Source of the DNA: Egibacteraceae bacterium
GTDB taxonomy: Bacteria > Actinomycetota > Nitriliruptoria > Euzebyales > Egibacteraceae
Direction: 5' to 3'
Length of the DNA: 46,156 nucleotides
Assembly: GCA_035540635.1 (NCBI GenBank)
Contig: DATLGH010000110.1
Span: 1 to 46,156, forward strand
The position numbers were made by a program, and so were the translations under genes. Below the pieces are notes generated by a model. That model worked only from the letters and a program-made list of their open reading frames with translations, ran no database searches and was not told the origin of the DNA. The stretch's first letter is position 1. The number at the start of each line of letters is the position of its first letter. Shown here one piece after another: positions 46,003 to 46,156 of this stretch.

Positions 46003-46156
46003 GGGCCGGCGTGCGCGGGCGGGCCGGCGTGCGCGGGCGGGCCGGCGTGCGCGGGCGGACCGGCGTGCGCGGGCGGACCGGCGTGCGCGGGCGGGCCGGC
46101 GTGCGCGGGCGGACCGGCGTGCGCGGGCGGACCGGCGTGCGCGGGCGGGCCGGCGT
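46003..46156. repeat. 18-bp tandem repeat G(G/A)CCGGCGTGCGCGGGCG, at least 8.5 copies, running off the window end
   Basis: Read directly from the sequence. The unit length is a multiple of 3. Confidence 0.8.

Noticed and set aside
1-46156. CRISPR arrays, rRNA or tRNA genes, IS or transposase or integrase genes
   Set aside because: None were recognised. The only repeats are short tandem or direct repeats without spacer architecture, and no transposase- or integrase-like ORF was seen.

Overview
This is a very high-GC window (about 70-72%, GC3 near 100%), consistent with an actinobacterium or Thermoleophilia-type genome. It is dominated by a [NiFe]-hydrogenase and metal-handling island.

What the window contains:
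- The first ~8.1 kb hold the hydrogenase structural genes and a second large-subunit locus. A truncated large subunit (hhyL N-terminus, minus strand, running off the window start) and small subunit (hhyS, group 1h-like) sit at the start. Downstream is a divergent, orphan second large-subunit paralog with no cognate small subunit.
- From ~14.4 to 23 kb are the maturation genes: hypC, hypD, hypE and the hupD/hyaD-type protease, plus a MoxR/vWA pair, two SIS-domain paralogs and a HypC-like paralog (~15.4 kb) in the hypCDE operon. hypF lies separately at 32048..34315.
- Four CooC/MinD-like P-loop ATPases are present. Two PadR regulators, one MerR regulator and a Cys-rich metallothionein-like protein accompany them. 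The regulators also include a wHTH protein with a Cys/His-rich tail.
- The remainder (~23-27 kb and ~35-46 kb) is housekeeping: birA, arcA, an NfeD-flotillin pair, fadB/fadA, a PolA-like polymerase, a TPR protein and an HhH protein.

Unusual content:
- Three tandem arrays of novel small single-pass membrane proteins form three recognisable paralog families, which I call A, B and C. The two minus-strand arrays end in a DUF1059-like gene.
- Two genes carry an in-frame TGA exactly at conserved Cys positions, making them candidate selenoproteins. One is a CooC-like ATPase with the TGA in its CxC metal motif. The other is a DUF1059-like small protein whose Cys-containing paralog lies in the same window.
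- Several direct-repeat and palindromic candidate operators are present, together with tandem repeats.
- No rRNA, tRNA, CRISPR array or obvious mobile element was recognised.

Many long Arg/Pro-rich ORFs in the six-frame track are antisense artefacts of the high GC content. No searches could be run, so all homology calls rest on motif recognition.
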